The notes below the pieces were generated by a model. The model was given only the letters and a program-made list of their open reading frames with translations, was not told where the DNA came from and did no database searches. From an uncultured Gemmatimonadales bacterium (GTDB lineage Bacteria > Gemmatimonadota > Gemmatimonadetes > Gemmatimonadales > Gemmatimonadaceae): a stretch of 64,000 nucleotides of DNA. The translations under genes and the position numbers were made by a program. The stretch is taken from assembly GCA_963701965.1 (NCBI GenBank), contig OY969695.1, positions 2,720,001-2,784,000 of the forward strand, read 5' to 3'. Positions 8,301 to 17,161 of this stretch are shown piece after piece (the stretch's first letter is position 1; each line of letters opens with the position of its first letter).

Positions 8301-9504
8301 TTTCCGACTGCTCTGGGGCGGCCAGACCGTCTCGGAGATCGGCTCGCGCATCACCCGGGAGGGGTTGCCGCTCACCGCGGTCCTCGTGCTGGGCGCCACA
8401 CCGGCGCAGATGGGCGTGCTGGCCGCGACGGGCGGAGTCGCGGTGCTCGCGGTGGGCCTCGCGGCGGGCGTGATCGTGGACCGCCACCGCCGCCGGCCGC
8501 TCATGATCGGGGCCGACGTGGGTCGGGCGCTGTTGCTGGCGAGTATTCCGGTGGCCGCGTTCCTCCACGTCCTCACGTTCACACAGCTGCTGGCGATCGC
8601 GCTGTTCGCGGGCGTGCTGACGGTGACGTTCGACGTGGCGTATCGATCGTACCTGCCGTCGCTGGTGCCCCCCGATCAACTGATGGACGGCAACCGGCGC
8701 CTGGCGATCTCCTCGTCGGTCGCCGAGGTCGTCGGCCCGGCGGCCACCGGTGTGCTGGTCCAGGCGCTGACCGCGCCGATCGCGATCCTCATCGACGCGG
8801 TGAGTTTCGTGGTGTCGGCGGTGTCGCTGGGGGCGATCCGCACGCCGGAACCTGACGCCGATCCCGGCGCCGCCGGATCGTCGCTGTGGAGGGATGCGCT
8901 GGCGGGAGCGCGGACGATCGCCGCGCACGGGACGTTGCGCGCGTTGGCGTATCGCTCCGTGCTGGCGTACTTCGGCTACGGCGTTCTCGGGCCGCAGTAC
9001 ATCCTGTACGCGATCCGGGTGCTGCACTTGAGTCCATCGGTGCTCGGCGTGCTGATCGCCATCGGCGGGGCGGGGGCGTTGTCGGGGTCGTATTTCGCGG
9101 ACCGGTTGACGGCGCGGCTCGGCGTGGGTGGGGGGTTCGTGACGGCGGCGATCATCATCGCTGCCGCGGCCGTTCTCATCCCGCTGGCGTCACATGACCT
9201 GTCGTTGTCGGTGGTCTTGCTCGGGGTGTCGCAGTTCCTCGGCGACAACGGGTTCGCGCTGTACACGGTGAATGAGATCACGATCCGGCAGCGGGTGGCG
9301 CCGCCGGATGTGCTGGGGCGCGTGAACGCGGCGATGGAGTTGGCGTCGCGCGGCGTGATGCCGGTCGGCGCGCTGGTCAGCGGGGCGTTGGCTCAGGCGT
9401 TCGGTGTGGTGCCGACGCTGTGGGCGGGCGCGCTGATCGTCTTTTGCTCGTGCTTCTGCCTGATTCCGCTGCTCACGCCGGAGCCGGTCGGTTCTTTGTC
9501 GTAG
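8269..9504 (+). CDS. MFS transporter
   Basis: FRLLWGGQTVS, GVIVDRHRRR, ~12 hydrophobic segments. Confidence 0.9.
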   Translation: MARERPAPTTDFRLLWGGQTVSEIGSRITREGLPLTAVLVLGATPAQMGVLAATGGVAVLAVGLAAGVIVDRHRRRPLMIGADVGRALLLASIPVAAFLHVLTFTQLLAIALFAGVLTVTFDVAYRSYLPSLVPPDQLMDGNRRLAISSSVAEVVGPAATGVLVQALTAPIAILIDAVSFVVSAVSLGAIRTPEPDADPGAAGSSLWRDALAGARTIAAHGTLRALAYRSVLAYFGYGVLGPQYILYAIRVLHLSPSVLGVLIAIGGAGALSGSYFADRLTARLGVGGGFVTAAIIIAAAAVLIPLASHDLSLSVVLLGVSQFLGDNGFALYTVNEITIRQRVAPPDVLGRVNAAMELASRGVMPVGALVSGALAQAFGVVPTLWAGALIVFCSCFCLIPLLTPEPVGSLS

Positions 9505-10369
9505 CGACCATCGGCGCGAGCACGTCATCCATGGTGGTCGTTCCGCGCCGGACGGGGCCCGCGCCGCGCTCGGCGTCGATGCGTCCGGCGTTGTGGGCAT
9601 CATACAGGTCCGCCACGAGCTGGGCGTAACTGGCACTCACGCCGCCGCGCAGTAGCGCGGGCACGCGCTCCCCGGCCGCGAGCGCGCGCGCCGTGATGGG
9701 GCGCCCTGCCAGTCGACCGAGGATCGCGGCGACCTCCTCCGATGTATACCGGCGCGGCCCCTCGACGTGCACGATCCGGCGATGCTCGGCGTCGCCATCA
9801 GTCAGGAGCTCGGCCGCGACGATGCCGACGTCGGGCGCGGACACGACGGGGAATTCCTTGGTAACGGGCGCGTGCAGGGTCGTGAGCACGCCGTTGGCCA
9901 CGGCGCCCCCGGCGAACCGCGCCCAGTTCTGCATGTGCTCGGCCGACCGCAGGAACGTCACTCTCCCATTCAGCCGGGCGAGGCGCTGTTCGAGCCGATG
10001 GAACAGGAGCGTGACGCCGGTACCGTCCGGCACTTCGGCGCCATAGTCGGAGATCGCGAGCACGTGCGGCACCCGCGCACGGTCGAGCGCGGCTCCGAGC
10101 CTCGCGATCGACTGCTCCATCTCGCGGACGGCGTCCTCGGCGCGCGGGGTGATCGGGCAGATCACCTGTGCCGCGTCCGCTCCCTGAAACGCCGCGACGA
10201 GCCCGTCCGGTTGCTCCAGGTCCGCCACGGCGAGCTCGCAGCCGAGTGCTCCGAGGTCGCCGGCGCGGGCAGCGTCGCGCACGACGGCCTGCACGTGTAC
10301 ACCCTGCCCGCGCAGCGCCCTCACCGTCGCCCGTCCGATTTTCCCCGTGGCACCGAGTATGGCCAACAT
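9473..10369 (-). CDS. NmrA-family NAD(P)-binding protein
   Basis: ILGATGKIG Rossmann motif; VSAPDVG. Confidence 0.88.
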   Translation of the reverse strand: MLAILGATGKIGRATVRALRGQGVHVQAVVRDAARAGDLGALGCELAVADLEQPDGLVAAFQGADAAQVICPITPRAEDAVREMEQSIARLGAALDRARVPHVLAISDYGAEVPDGTGVTLLFHRLEQRLARLNGRVTFLRSAEHMQNWARFAGGAVANGVLTTLHAPVTKEFPVVSAPDVGIVAAELLTDGDAEHRRIVHVEGPRRYTSEEVAAILGRLAGRPITARALAAGERVPALLRGGVSASYAQLVADLYDAHNAGRIDAERGAGPVRRGTTTMDDVLAPMVATTKNRPAPA

Positions 10370-10480
10370 ATCAAATCAAGTCCTGCAGTCTCGCGATGGG
10401 TTCCGGACGCGATGGTTCATCGTTTGCTCGAGTCCGCTCGCGGGGGCTCTGGCGCGTCCAATGTGGTAGTACTACGTTTT

Positions 10481-10504
10481 TGTATGTACAGAACGGTACT
10501 TACA
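10481..10504. promoter_or_regulatory. Putative BrnA operator
   Basis: Inverted repeat TGTATGTAC-N6-GTACTTACA abutting the brnT start. Confidence 0.55.
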
Positions 10505-10613
10505 TGCGCTATACGTGGAGTGTCGGGACACGGGCGAGGAGACCGTACGGATCATTTCCGCGCGAAAGGCGACGCGGTTGGAACGGAGCGCGTATGAAGA
10601 CAGGCTCAGGTAA
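10504..10613 (+). pseudogene. brnT: BrnT toxin remnant with internal deletion
   Basis: N-terminal MRYTW joined out of frame to the C-terminal EETVRIISARKATRLERSAYEDRLR*. Confidence 0.75.
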
Positions 10614-10953
10614 GGGTCGTGGGCGGCCGGTCGCGCAACCTCGAGTTGCGCGCGAACTGACGGCGTCCCAGCGGAGGGAGCTGTCGTTTCTAGCCACGCT
10701 TCCCGATGAGTCGATCGACCTTTCGGACGCGCCCGACGTTGCCAACTGGACGTCGCCGGTGGTGGGCCGGTTCTATCGCCCGATCAAGGAACCGGTGACG
10801 CTGCGGATCGACGCCGACGTGTTGGCCTGGCTGAAGGCGTCTGGCCCCGGCTATCAGACGCGGATCAACCGATGGCTGCGGACTGCGATGGAGACAGAAG
10901 GCGCGCGCGTGAAGCGTTCTGTCGCGAACAGGAGCGGCCGCGCGCGACGCTAA
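10594..10953 (+). CDS. brnA: BrnA antitoxin
   Basis: DESIDLSDAP, FYRPIKEPVTLRIDADVLAWLK, GYQTRIN. Confidence 0.9.
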   Translation: MKTGSGKGRGRPVAQPRVARELTASQRRELSFLATLPDESIDLSDAPDVANWTSPVVGRFYRPIKEPVTLRIDADVLAWLKASGPGYQTRINRWLRTAMETEGARVKRSVANRSGRARR

Positions 10954-10957
10954 CGCG

Positions 10958-12469
10958 TCAGGTCGACGCCCAGAGATGTTGCGCCGCGTACGCGCGCCAG
11001 GGGCGCCAGGCGTGGGCGCGATCGAGCAGCGCCGCGGGGGTGCGGTCGAGGCCCTCGTGCGTCGCCATGACGCGCATGAGTCCTACGTCGGCGGCCGGGA
11101 ACGCGTCGGGTTCGCGCAGTTGGCGGAGCGCGATGTACTGCGCGGTCCATTCGCCGATGCCGCGGATCGACCGGAGGCGACGGACGGCGTCTTCGAGTCC
11201 CGCGGTCGCGTCAAACAGGTGCGGATCGGCGACGGCGGCCGCGGCGAGCGCCGAGACGGTCGCGGCGCGGCTCCGCGGCATGCCGAGACTCGCGATGTCG
11301 GCACCGATCAGCGCGTCGGGTCGCGGAAAGACGCGGGTGAGCGCGCCGTCCGGCTCGGCCAGCGGCGCGCCATAGGTCGAGACGAGGCGCCCGGTCAGGC
11401 GGCGGGCGGCCGTGAGCGTGATCTGCTGGTGGAGCACGGCGCGGATGGCGAGCTCGAACCCGTCCCATCCGCCGGAGACGCGGAGTCCCGGGCGCGCCTT
11501 GACGAGCGGCGCGAGCGTCCGGTCCTTCGAGAGATGCGCGCCGATCGCGACCGGATCGGCCGCGAGATCGAATACGCGGCGGAGCCGCGCGATGATCGCC
11601 GGCAGCGCAGGAATCCCGGTGACGCTTCGCGTCGCGTGATCCGGGGTCGGTTGGACCGATCCCGGCCAAGCCGGGATCATTGGGAAGCGGACCGTGGCCC
11701 GCAGCGCGTTCTTATCGGCCAGCTCGACGGTGACCGTTCCCTGGGCCCCATCGAGATCGATCGATCGCGTGTAGCGGTCCGCCGTGACGTGCTCGATGCC
11801 GGGGATGGCGCGCCGGCGGAGGTGTTCGATCATCGCCGGCCAGTCGTACGGCGGCTGATAGCGGAGCAGGAGCGCGATCTCCCCGCGCGGTCCGATCGCG
11901 CCGTCGGGTGTGCGGGTGCGCCGGAGCATGCCGGGCGATCGGCCGAAGAGCGTCGCGAACGTCTCATTGAACCGTCGGACGCTCTTGAACCCCGCGGCGA
12001 ACGCCACGACGCCGAGGGGCATCCGCGTCTCGTGGATGAGTTGTTTGGCGAGGAGGACGCGGCGCGTTTGGGCGACGGCGATCGGCGAGGCGCCGAGGTG
12101 TTCGCGGAAGAGGCGCCGGAGTTGGCGTTCGCCGACTCCAAGCCGTTCGGCGAATCCCGCGACGTCCGCTTCGTCGAGCGCGCCGTGCTCGATGAGCGCC
12201 AGGGCGCGGGCGACGGTGCGGGACGTCGTCCGCCACGCGCCCATGTCGGGCGCCGTCTCCGGCCGGCAGCGGAGGCAGGGGCGGTAGCCCGCCTCTTGGG
12301 CCGCGGCGGCCGTTGGGTAGAACACGACATTCTCCGGTCTCGGTGTGCGGGCGGGGCACGTTGGGCGGCAGTAGATGCCGGTCGTCTTGACGGCCGTGAA
12401 GAAGCGGCCGTCGAACCGCGAGTCGCGCAGCGCGAGCGCTCGAAAGCAGGCGTCGTGGTCGAGATCCAT
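10958..12469 (-). CDS. alkA: AdaA-AlkA fusion (Ada Zn/AraC regulator plus 3-methyladenine glycosylase) with 21-aa insertion
   Basis: RDSRFDGRFF, IYCRPTC, PCLRC, AraC HTH, GIGEWTAQY, FPAAD, WRPWRAYA. Confidence 0.93.
   Translation of the reverse strand: MDLDHDACFRALALRDSRFDGRFFTAVKTTGIYCRPTCPARTPRPENVVFYPTAAAAQEAGYRPCLRCRPETAPDMGAWRTTSRTVARALALIEHGALDEADVAGFAERLGVGERQLRRLFREHLGASPIAVAQTRRVLLAKQLIHETRMPLGVVAFAAGFKSVRRFNETFATLFGRSPGMLRRTRTPDGAIGPRGEIALLLRYQPPYDWPAMIEHLRRRAIPGIEHVTADRYTRSIDLDGAQGTVTVELADKNALRATVRFPMIPAWPGSVQPTPDHATRSVTGIPALPAIIARLRRVFDLAADPVAIGAHLSKDRTLAPLVKARPGLRVSGGWDGFELAIRAVLHQQITLTAARRLTGRLVSTYGAPLAEPDGALTRVFPRPDALIGADIASLGMPRSRAATVSALAAAAVADPHLFDATAGLEDAVRRLRSIRGIGEWTAQYIALRQLREPDAFPAADVGLMRVMATHEGLDRTPAALLDRAHAWRPWRAYAAQHLWAST
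11616..11678. repeat. 63-bp palindromic element, copy 1 (in-frame in alkA)
   Basis: 57/63 identical to 12726-12788; multiple hairpins; ATC duplicated at the junctions. Confidence 0.88.
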
Positions 12470-12503
12470 ACGGAATAGTCGCCGGGGTGCTGGCCCAAAA
12501 CTA

Positions 12504-12564
12504 GCGGATTTCGGACACTGACATTCGGCGGCGTTTTCCCTCGGAGTTGGCGTCCGAAAACCGC
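12504..12564. promoter_or_regulatory. Inverted 13-bp sites in the alkA/ogt divergent promoter (putative Ada sites)
   Basis: GCGGATTTCGGAC (12504) and GTCCGAAAACCGC (12552), one mismatch. Confidence 0.5.
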
Positions 12565-12619
12565 CAACTTTGCCGAATTCACCAGGCATGTTTCGGGACC
12601 ATTCTTTTGGGAGTGCATC

Positions 12620-13231
12620 ATGCCGGTTTCCGCATTTCATCTCGAGCGCGTCGGGACCCCGACCGGGCCGTTTCTCATCGTCACCGATGACGAAGGGCGC
12701 CTGCGGGCGGCGGAGTGGGAGGATCTCGGCGACGCTCCGCGTCGCGAGATCCGAGGTCGGTTGGACCGATCCCGGCCGAGCCGGGATCTCGCGCATCGCA
12801 TGCATCGGTCGCTGCGCGTGCCGTACGGGGAGCGGGTCGAGTTGCGGCCGATCGCGGCGCCGTCGGCCGCTGCCCGGGCGCTGGAAGCGTATTTCGAGGG
12901 CGAGCTGGAGGCGGTCGGTGTGCTACCGACCTCGACGAATGGGACGGAGTTTCAGCGCGCGGTGTGGGATGCGTTGCGGCGGATTCCTGTCGGCCAGACG
13001 ATGAGCTATAGCGGCGTCGCGCTCGCGATCGGGCGGCCGACGGCGACGCGCGCCGTCGGACTGGCGAACGGTTCGAATCCCATTCCCATCTTCGTGCCGT
13101 GTCACCGCGTGATCGGCGCCAACGGGTCGCTCACCGGGTTTGGCGGCGGAATCCATCGCAAGCGGTGGCTCTTGGCCCACGAGCGGGCGCTCGTGGACGA
13201 GCAGCACTCGCTGTTGGTTGGCGCGCGGTAA
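12620..13231 (+). CDS. ogt: O6-methylguanine-DNA methyltransferase with 21-aa insertion
   Basis: GTEFQRAVW, RAVGLANGSNP, VPCHRVIG. Confidence 0.95.
   Translation: MPVSAFHLERVGTPTGPFLIVTDDEGRLRAAEWEDLGDAPRREIRGRLDRSRPSRDLAHRMHRSLRVPYGERVELRPIAAPSAAARALEAYFEGELEAVGVLPTSTNGTEFQRAVWDALRRIPVGQTMSYSGVALAIGRPTATRAVGLANGSNPIPIFVPCHRVIGANGSLTGFGGGIHRKRWLLAHERALVDEQHSLLVGAR
12726..12788. repeat. 63-bp palindromic element, copy 2 (in-frame in ogt)
   Basis: Bounded by GGATCTCG at 12721 and 12784, 63 bp apart; no stop codon in any of six frames. Confidence 0.88.
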
Positions 13232-13236
13232 GACAC

Positions 13237-13776
13237 TCACCCGCTGTGGCCGGCGCACTGCATGACGCCGAGGTATTGACTCCACGGCCCCACGGCCTGC
13301 CGATACTGGCAGGCCATGATCCGTGAAATCTGGTGCACGTGCGTGAGGTCGTGTCCCGCCCATGCCGCGAGCAGCTGCGCCATGGTGACCGTTCCCAGCG
13401 CGGGATGGCGTCCACGCAACGCGAGCTCTCGCGGGCCGAGGTTCATGGCGCGAAGCGCCTGAAGGTTCTCCTTTCGCGCGCGCGCGAATTCATCCAGCAA
13501 TTGCGCGAGCGATTGGCCTTGGGATTCGCGAACGTGGCCGAGGCGGTCGAACGGTTCGAACGAACGGCTCTCACCGTGCTCGAGAATCATGCGGGCGCGG
13601 GGCATCCAGTCGGTGCGCTCCCCGTGTATCAGATGGCCGACGACATCGTACGCCGTCCACGAGTCGCCGCCTTCGTTCTGCGTCGTCCACGCGTCCGGCA
13701 GGTCGCGGAGCCACGCGTCGAGCGTGGCGGGCGTGCGTTCGAGGAGCGCCATCGTATGAGCGAGGTCGTGGTCCAT
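13237..13776 (-). CDS. DinB/YfiT-family metalloprotein
   Basis: WTAYDVVGHL, WAGHDLTHVHQI. Confidence 0.88.
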   Translation of the reverse strand: MDHDLAHTMALLERTPATLDAWLRDLPDAWTTQNEGGDSWTAYDVVGHLIHGERTDWMPRARMILEHGESRSFEPFDRLGHVRESQGQSLAQLLDEFARARKENLQALRAMNLGPRELALRGRHPALGTVTMAQLLAAWAGHDLTHVHQISRIMACQYRQAVGPWSQYLGVMQCAGHSG

Positions 13777-13821
13777 GACCGGTCCTCAGGTGCGGCATGT
13801 TTCTTTCGTTACGAACGTGTT

Positions 13822-14632
13822 ATGACGCTCCGACGAGTCTGGCTTGCGCCCATTCCCGTGCTCCTGGCCGCGGCGGGCTGCGCCGTCTCCCAGCAGCAGG
13901 AGGTGGCCATGGGGCAGCAAGACGCTCTTCAACTGAGCCGCCAGTTACCGGTCGTGCAAGACCCGGCGATCGACGCCTACATCAATGCACTCGGGAACCA
14001 GAATGGCGAAGCTGACGCCGCGCGCGGATCTCGACTGGCACTTCTACGTCGTGAACACGGGCGTCGTAAACGCGTTCGCGGTGCCCGGCGGGTACATCTA
14101 CGTCAATCGTGGCTTGATCGACCACACGGAGCGCATGGATGAGCTGGCCGGAGTGCTCGGGCACGAGATCGGGCACGTGGTGTTGCGGCATTCGGTCAAG
14201 CAGATGCAGCAGATGCAGGGCACCAACATCGGCGTGGCGTTGGGGTGCATTTTGACCCAGGTCTGCGACGATCCGGCGGCGCAGGCCGCGGTCAACACCG
14301 GCGCCGGGCTGGCGTTCGCGAAGTTCAGTCGGGACGATGAGCGTCAGGCCGATGAACAAGGGGTCCTCAATACCACGCGCGCCGGCATCAGTCCGCAGGG
14401 GATGGAGTCGTTCTTTCAGAAGCTCGTGGCGCTCGGCGGGCCCGGGGCGTCGGGCGGGGTGGCGGTGTGGTTCCAGGACCATCCCGGGACGCAGGATCGC
14501 ATCGACAATGTGCACCGGCAGATCAGCGCGATCCCGCCGGCGAAGTTGGCGACGCTGCGGACGGACGATCCGGGCTTTCGGGATTTCAAGGGGCGCATCG
14601 CAGCCTTGCCGGCACCGCGGCCCGCCAAGTAG
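13822..14632 (+). CDS. M48 metallopeptidase lipoprotein (+1 frameshift near 13997)
   Basis: Lipobox AAGC and QQEVAMG in frame 1; NAFAVPGG, HEIGH, FSRDDERQAD in frame 2. Confidence 0.85.
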
Positions 14633-14636
14633 CCGC

Positions 14637-15428
14637 TCAAGACCGGGTGAGCTCCTGGCAGAAGAGGTCTGTCGCCTCATCCGCCGGAAAGAAGCACTCG
14701 ATCCGGAGCTCCTCCAGCGTGACATTCTGCGGCGTCGCGAACGTGGTGATGGTCCAGAAGAACGTCATCTCGCGCCCGTCCTTGCGATAAATGATCGTCC
14801 ACACCGGCTCCGTGGGCGCGTCCCACGCCTCGCGCGTGCGCCAGCGTGGCGGCACGGTTGGAAATGCCAGGACCTGCGCCAGCAGCGCCCGCGCCCGCGG
14901 ATCGAGCGGCGCGGCCGCGACATCGGCATGAAGCTGGCGGAGGAGGTCGATCGCGACGTCTTCCCAGTTCGCGATCAGTGGCCGGAGGATCGCGGGATCG
15001 AACACCATGCGCATCGCGTTGCGATCCGCCGGCCGTTCGCCGAGCAGCCAATCAAAGAGCCGGCCAGTGCCGCCGTTGGCCATGAGCACGTCCCAGTGTC
15101 GGCTGACCACCACCGCCGGATACGGTTCCTGCTGCTTGAGGATCAATTCGATCGCGCGCCGCGCGCGGGTCATCTCTGGCGCCGCGATCTCGTTCTCACC
15201 ATAGAACGGCGCATAGCCGGCCGACATCAAGAGCGCATTGCGCTCCCGCATGGGGACGTTGAGCGCCCCCGCCAGCCGCCCGATCAACTCGCGACTCGGC
15301 TGCGCCTTGCCCGTCTCCACGCAGCTCGAATGCCGCGACGAGACATCGGCGGCGAGCGCCAGATCCAGCTGACTGACCCGGCGCGCCACGCGCCACTCGC
15401 GGAGGAGATCGCCAATCGGAGAAGACAC
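14637..15428 (-). CDS. XRE-family regulator with MmyB-like ligand-binding domain
   Basis: IGDLLREWR, SQLDLAL, ETGKAQPSRE, EPYPAVV, ELRIECFFPAD. Confidence 0.9.
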   Translation of the reverse strand: MSSPIGDLLREWRVARRVSQLDLALAADVSSRHSSCVETGKAQPSRELIGRLAGALNVPMRERNALLMSAGYAPFYGENEIAAPEMTRARRAIELILKQQEPYPAVVVSRHWDVLMANGGTGRLFDWLLGERPADRNAMRMVFDPAILRPLIANWEDVAIDLLRQLHADVAAAPLDPRARALLAQVLAFPTVPPRWRTREAWDAPTEPVWTIIYRKDGREMTFFWTITTFATPQNVTLEELRIECFFPADEATDLFCQELTRS

Positions 15429-15459
15429 ATCGGATGTTAGACGGCCGCCGTGCCAAAGA

Positions 15460-15480
15460 CCATGACCTCCGAGGTCATGG
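15460..15480. promoter_or_regulatory. Operator palindrome between the XRE regulator and the hydrolase
   Basis: Perfect inverted repeat CCATGACCTC-C-GAGGTCATGG. Confidence 0.75.
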
Positions 15481-15512
15481 CTTTTGCCGGGACGCGTCGC
15501 GACTATGCCGCC

Positions 15513-16475
15513 ATGCAACGCCGACACTTCATCCAGCTTAGCACCGGCGCCGCGCTCGGTGCCTACGTCGGACGCTCGCGCGTGCTCGCCGCGGACGCGC
15601 CCGGCGGCCCCATCGATGCGTCGACCTTCCATGCAATGCGGCGGTTCGCCGATACGCGCTACGGGCGTATCGCCTACGTCGAGCGCGGATCCGGCAAAGC
15701 CGCGCTATTCCTCCACGGCTTTCTCCTCAACGGCTTCCAATGGCGCGGGGCCATCGAGCGGCTGTCGCCGTACCGGCAATGCGTCGCGCCGGATCTCATG
15801 GGCCTCGGGTACTCGGAGATCCCCGAGGGACAGTCGCTCGCACCGCTCGACCAGGTCGGGATGCTGGCGGCGCTACTCGACACGTTGCACATCCCGGATG
15901 TCGACCTCATCGCCAACGACAGCGGTGGCGGCATCGCGCAGCTGTTCGTGGCCCGCTACCCGCACCGGGTGCGCACGCTGTTGTTGACCAACTGCGAAGT
16001 CGTGATCGACAGCCCGCCGCCGTCATTGCTGCCCGTCATCGCCATGGCGCGTAAGGGGACGTTCGCCGACGAGATCATCGTGCCGCAGCTCAACCCGACG
16101 TTCGCGCGATCGCCCAAAGGCATCGGCCCCCTCCTGTATCAGGATCCGGCGCACCCGACCGACGAAGCGATCCAGTGCTACTTCACGCCGCTCGTCAGCT
16201 CGCCGCGGCGCGAGGCGCAGGTCGGCGCCTACGCGATCGCGCTCGAAAAGGACGCCTTGCTCGGCATCGAGCCGGCATTGCACCGGTTCAATGCCCCCGT
16301 TCGCATCGTCTGGGGTACGGCCGACACGATCTTCTCGCCCGCCTGCCCCGACTGGCTGGACCACGCGTTCCCGCGCTCGCGTGGCGTGCGGCGCGTGGAG
16401 GGCGCCAAGTTGTTTTTCCCCGAGGAGCAGCCGGATCTCCTCGCGACCGAGGCTCGGGCGCTCTGGGGCGGCTAG
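15513..16475 (+). CDS. Tat-exported alpha/beta hydrolase (dehalogenase/epoxide hydrolase-like)
   Basis: QRRHFI Tat motif; LHGF; NDSGG Asp nucleophile. Confidence 0.85.
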   Translation: MQRRHFIQLSTGAALGAYVGRSRVLAADAPGGPIDASTFHAMRRFADTRYGRIAYVERGSGKAALFLHGFLLNGFQWRGAIERLSPYRQCVAPDLMGLGYSEIPEGQSLAPLDQVGMLAALLDTLHIPDVDLIANDSGGGIAQLFVARYPHRVRTLLLTNCEVVIDSPPPSLLPVIAMARKGTFADEIIVPQLNPTFARSPKGIGPLLYQDPAHPTDEAIQCYFTPLVSSPRREAQVGAYAIALEKDALLGIEPALHRFNAPVRIVWGTADTIFSPACPDWLDHAFPRSRGVRRVEGAKLFFPEEQPDLLATEARALWGG

Positions 16476-16632
16476 TGGGTCCACTGGCGACGTATCACAT
16501 AGCGCACACATTTTGGATCGCCCATGAGGCTGCGCTTTTACCGGCACACGCAGTCATGTGACCGAATGGCGGGTCGGATGGTTGGTTCAGCTGTCGATCA
16601 CGATCCAGCCATTCTCTTTGGAGCGATCAGAT

Positions 16633-17124
16633 ATGACCGTTGAACGTTGGGGGCGCGGGATCATCCCCGCCGTCGTCCTGTCAGCCACCATCGCCGCGTG
16701 CAGTGCCTCGACGGCGCCCAGTGGGAGCCGGACGCCGACGGCATCCGTGGCGGTACAGAGCGCGAGCAACAAGTCGACGAGCCGCATCGAGGGCCTCGTC
16801 GTTGGGGATAGCGACCAGCAACGGAGCGCGATTCCGCTGGCCGGCGCGGTGGTGAGCCTTACCCTCCTGACCAGCCCCGATACTTCGGTGGCAAAGGATA
16901 CATTGCCCGTCGTGGACACATCGGGGGCGGGTGGGAAATTCGCGTTCAGTCGCCTGAGTGCGGGCACCTACATCGTGGCCGCGTCGCCGCCGCCGGGAGC
17001 CCCATATCTCCCGAGCGCTGGGACACTCGTGACCGTGCGGTCCGGCGGCTCGGTGAAGGTCAATGTTGTGCTGCAGACATCGACGCCGACGTCGCCGCCC
17101 CCACCGCCGCCTGATTCCGCCTGA
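16633..17124 (+). CDS. Lipoprotein with carboxypeptidase-regulatory-like (beta-sandwich) domain
   Basis: Lipobox IAAC; IEGLV...PLAGAVV...GKFAFSRLSAGTY; Pro-rich tail. Confidence 0.7.
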   Translation: MTVERWGRGIIPAVVLSATIAACSASTAPSGSRTPTASVAVQSASNKSTSRIEGLVVGDSDQQRSAIPLAGAVVSLTLLTSPDTSVAKDTLPVVDTSGAGGKFAFSRLSAGTYIVAASPPPGAPYLPSAGTLVTVRSGGSVKVNVVLQTSTPTSPPPPPPDSA

Positions 17125-17161
17125 TTCCACCGCGCCGTGAGCCCGTCTCGCCGCTGACGGC

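Noticed and set aside
11616..12788. The two 63-bp repeats as IS ends or CRISPR repeats
   Set aside because: The intervening DNA is the intact alkA 5' part, promoter and ogt start; no transposase, spacers or cas genes
12470..12805. 112-aa N-terminal extension of AlkA in the ORF track
   Set aside because: Overlaps the promoter and ogt; the Ada domain begins at ATG 12469
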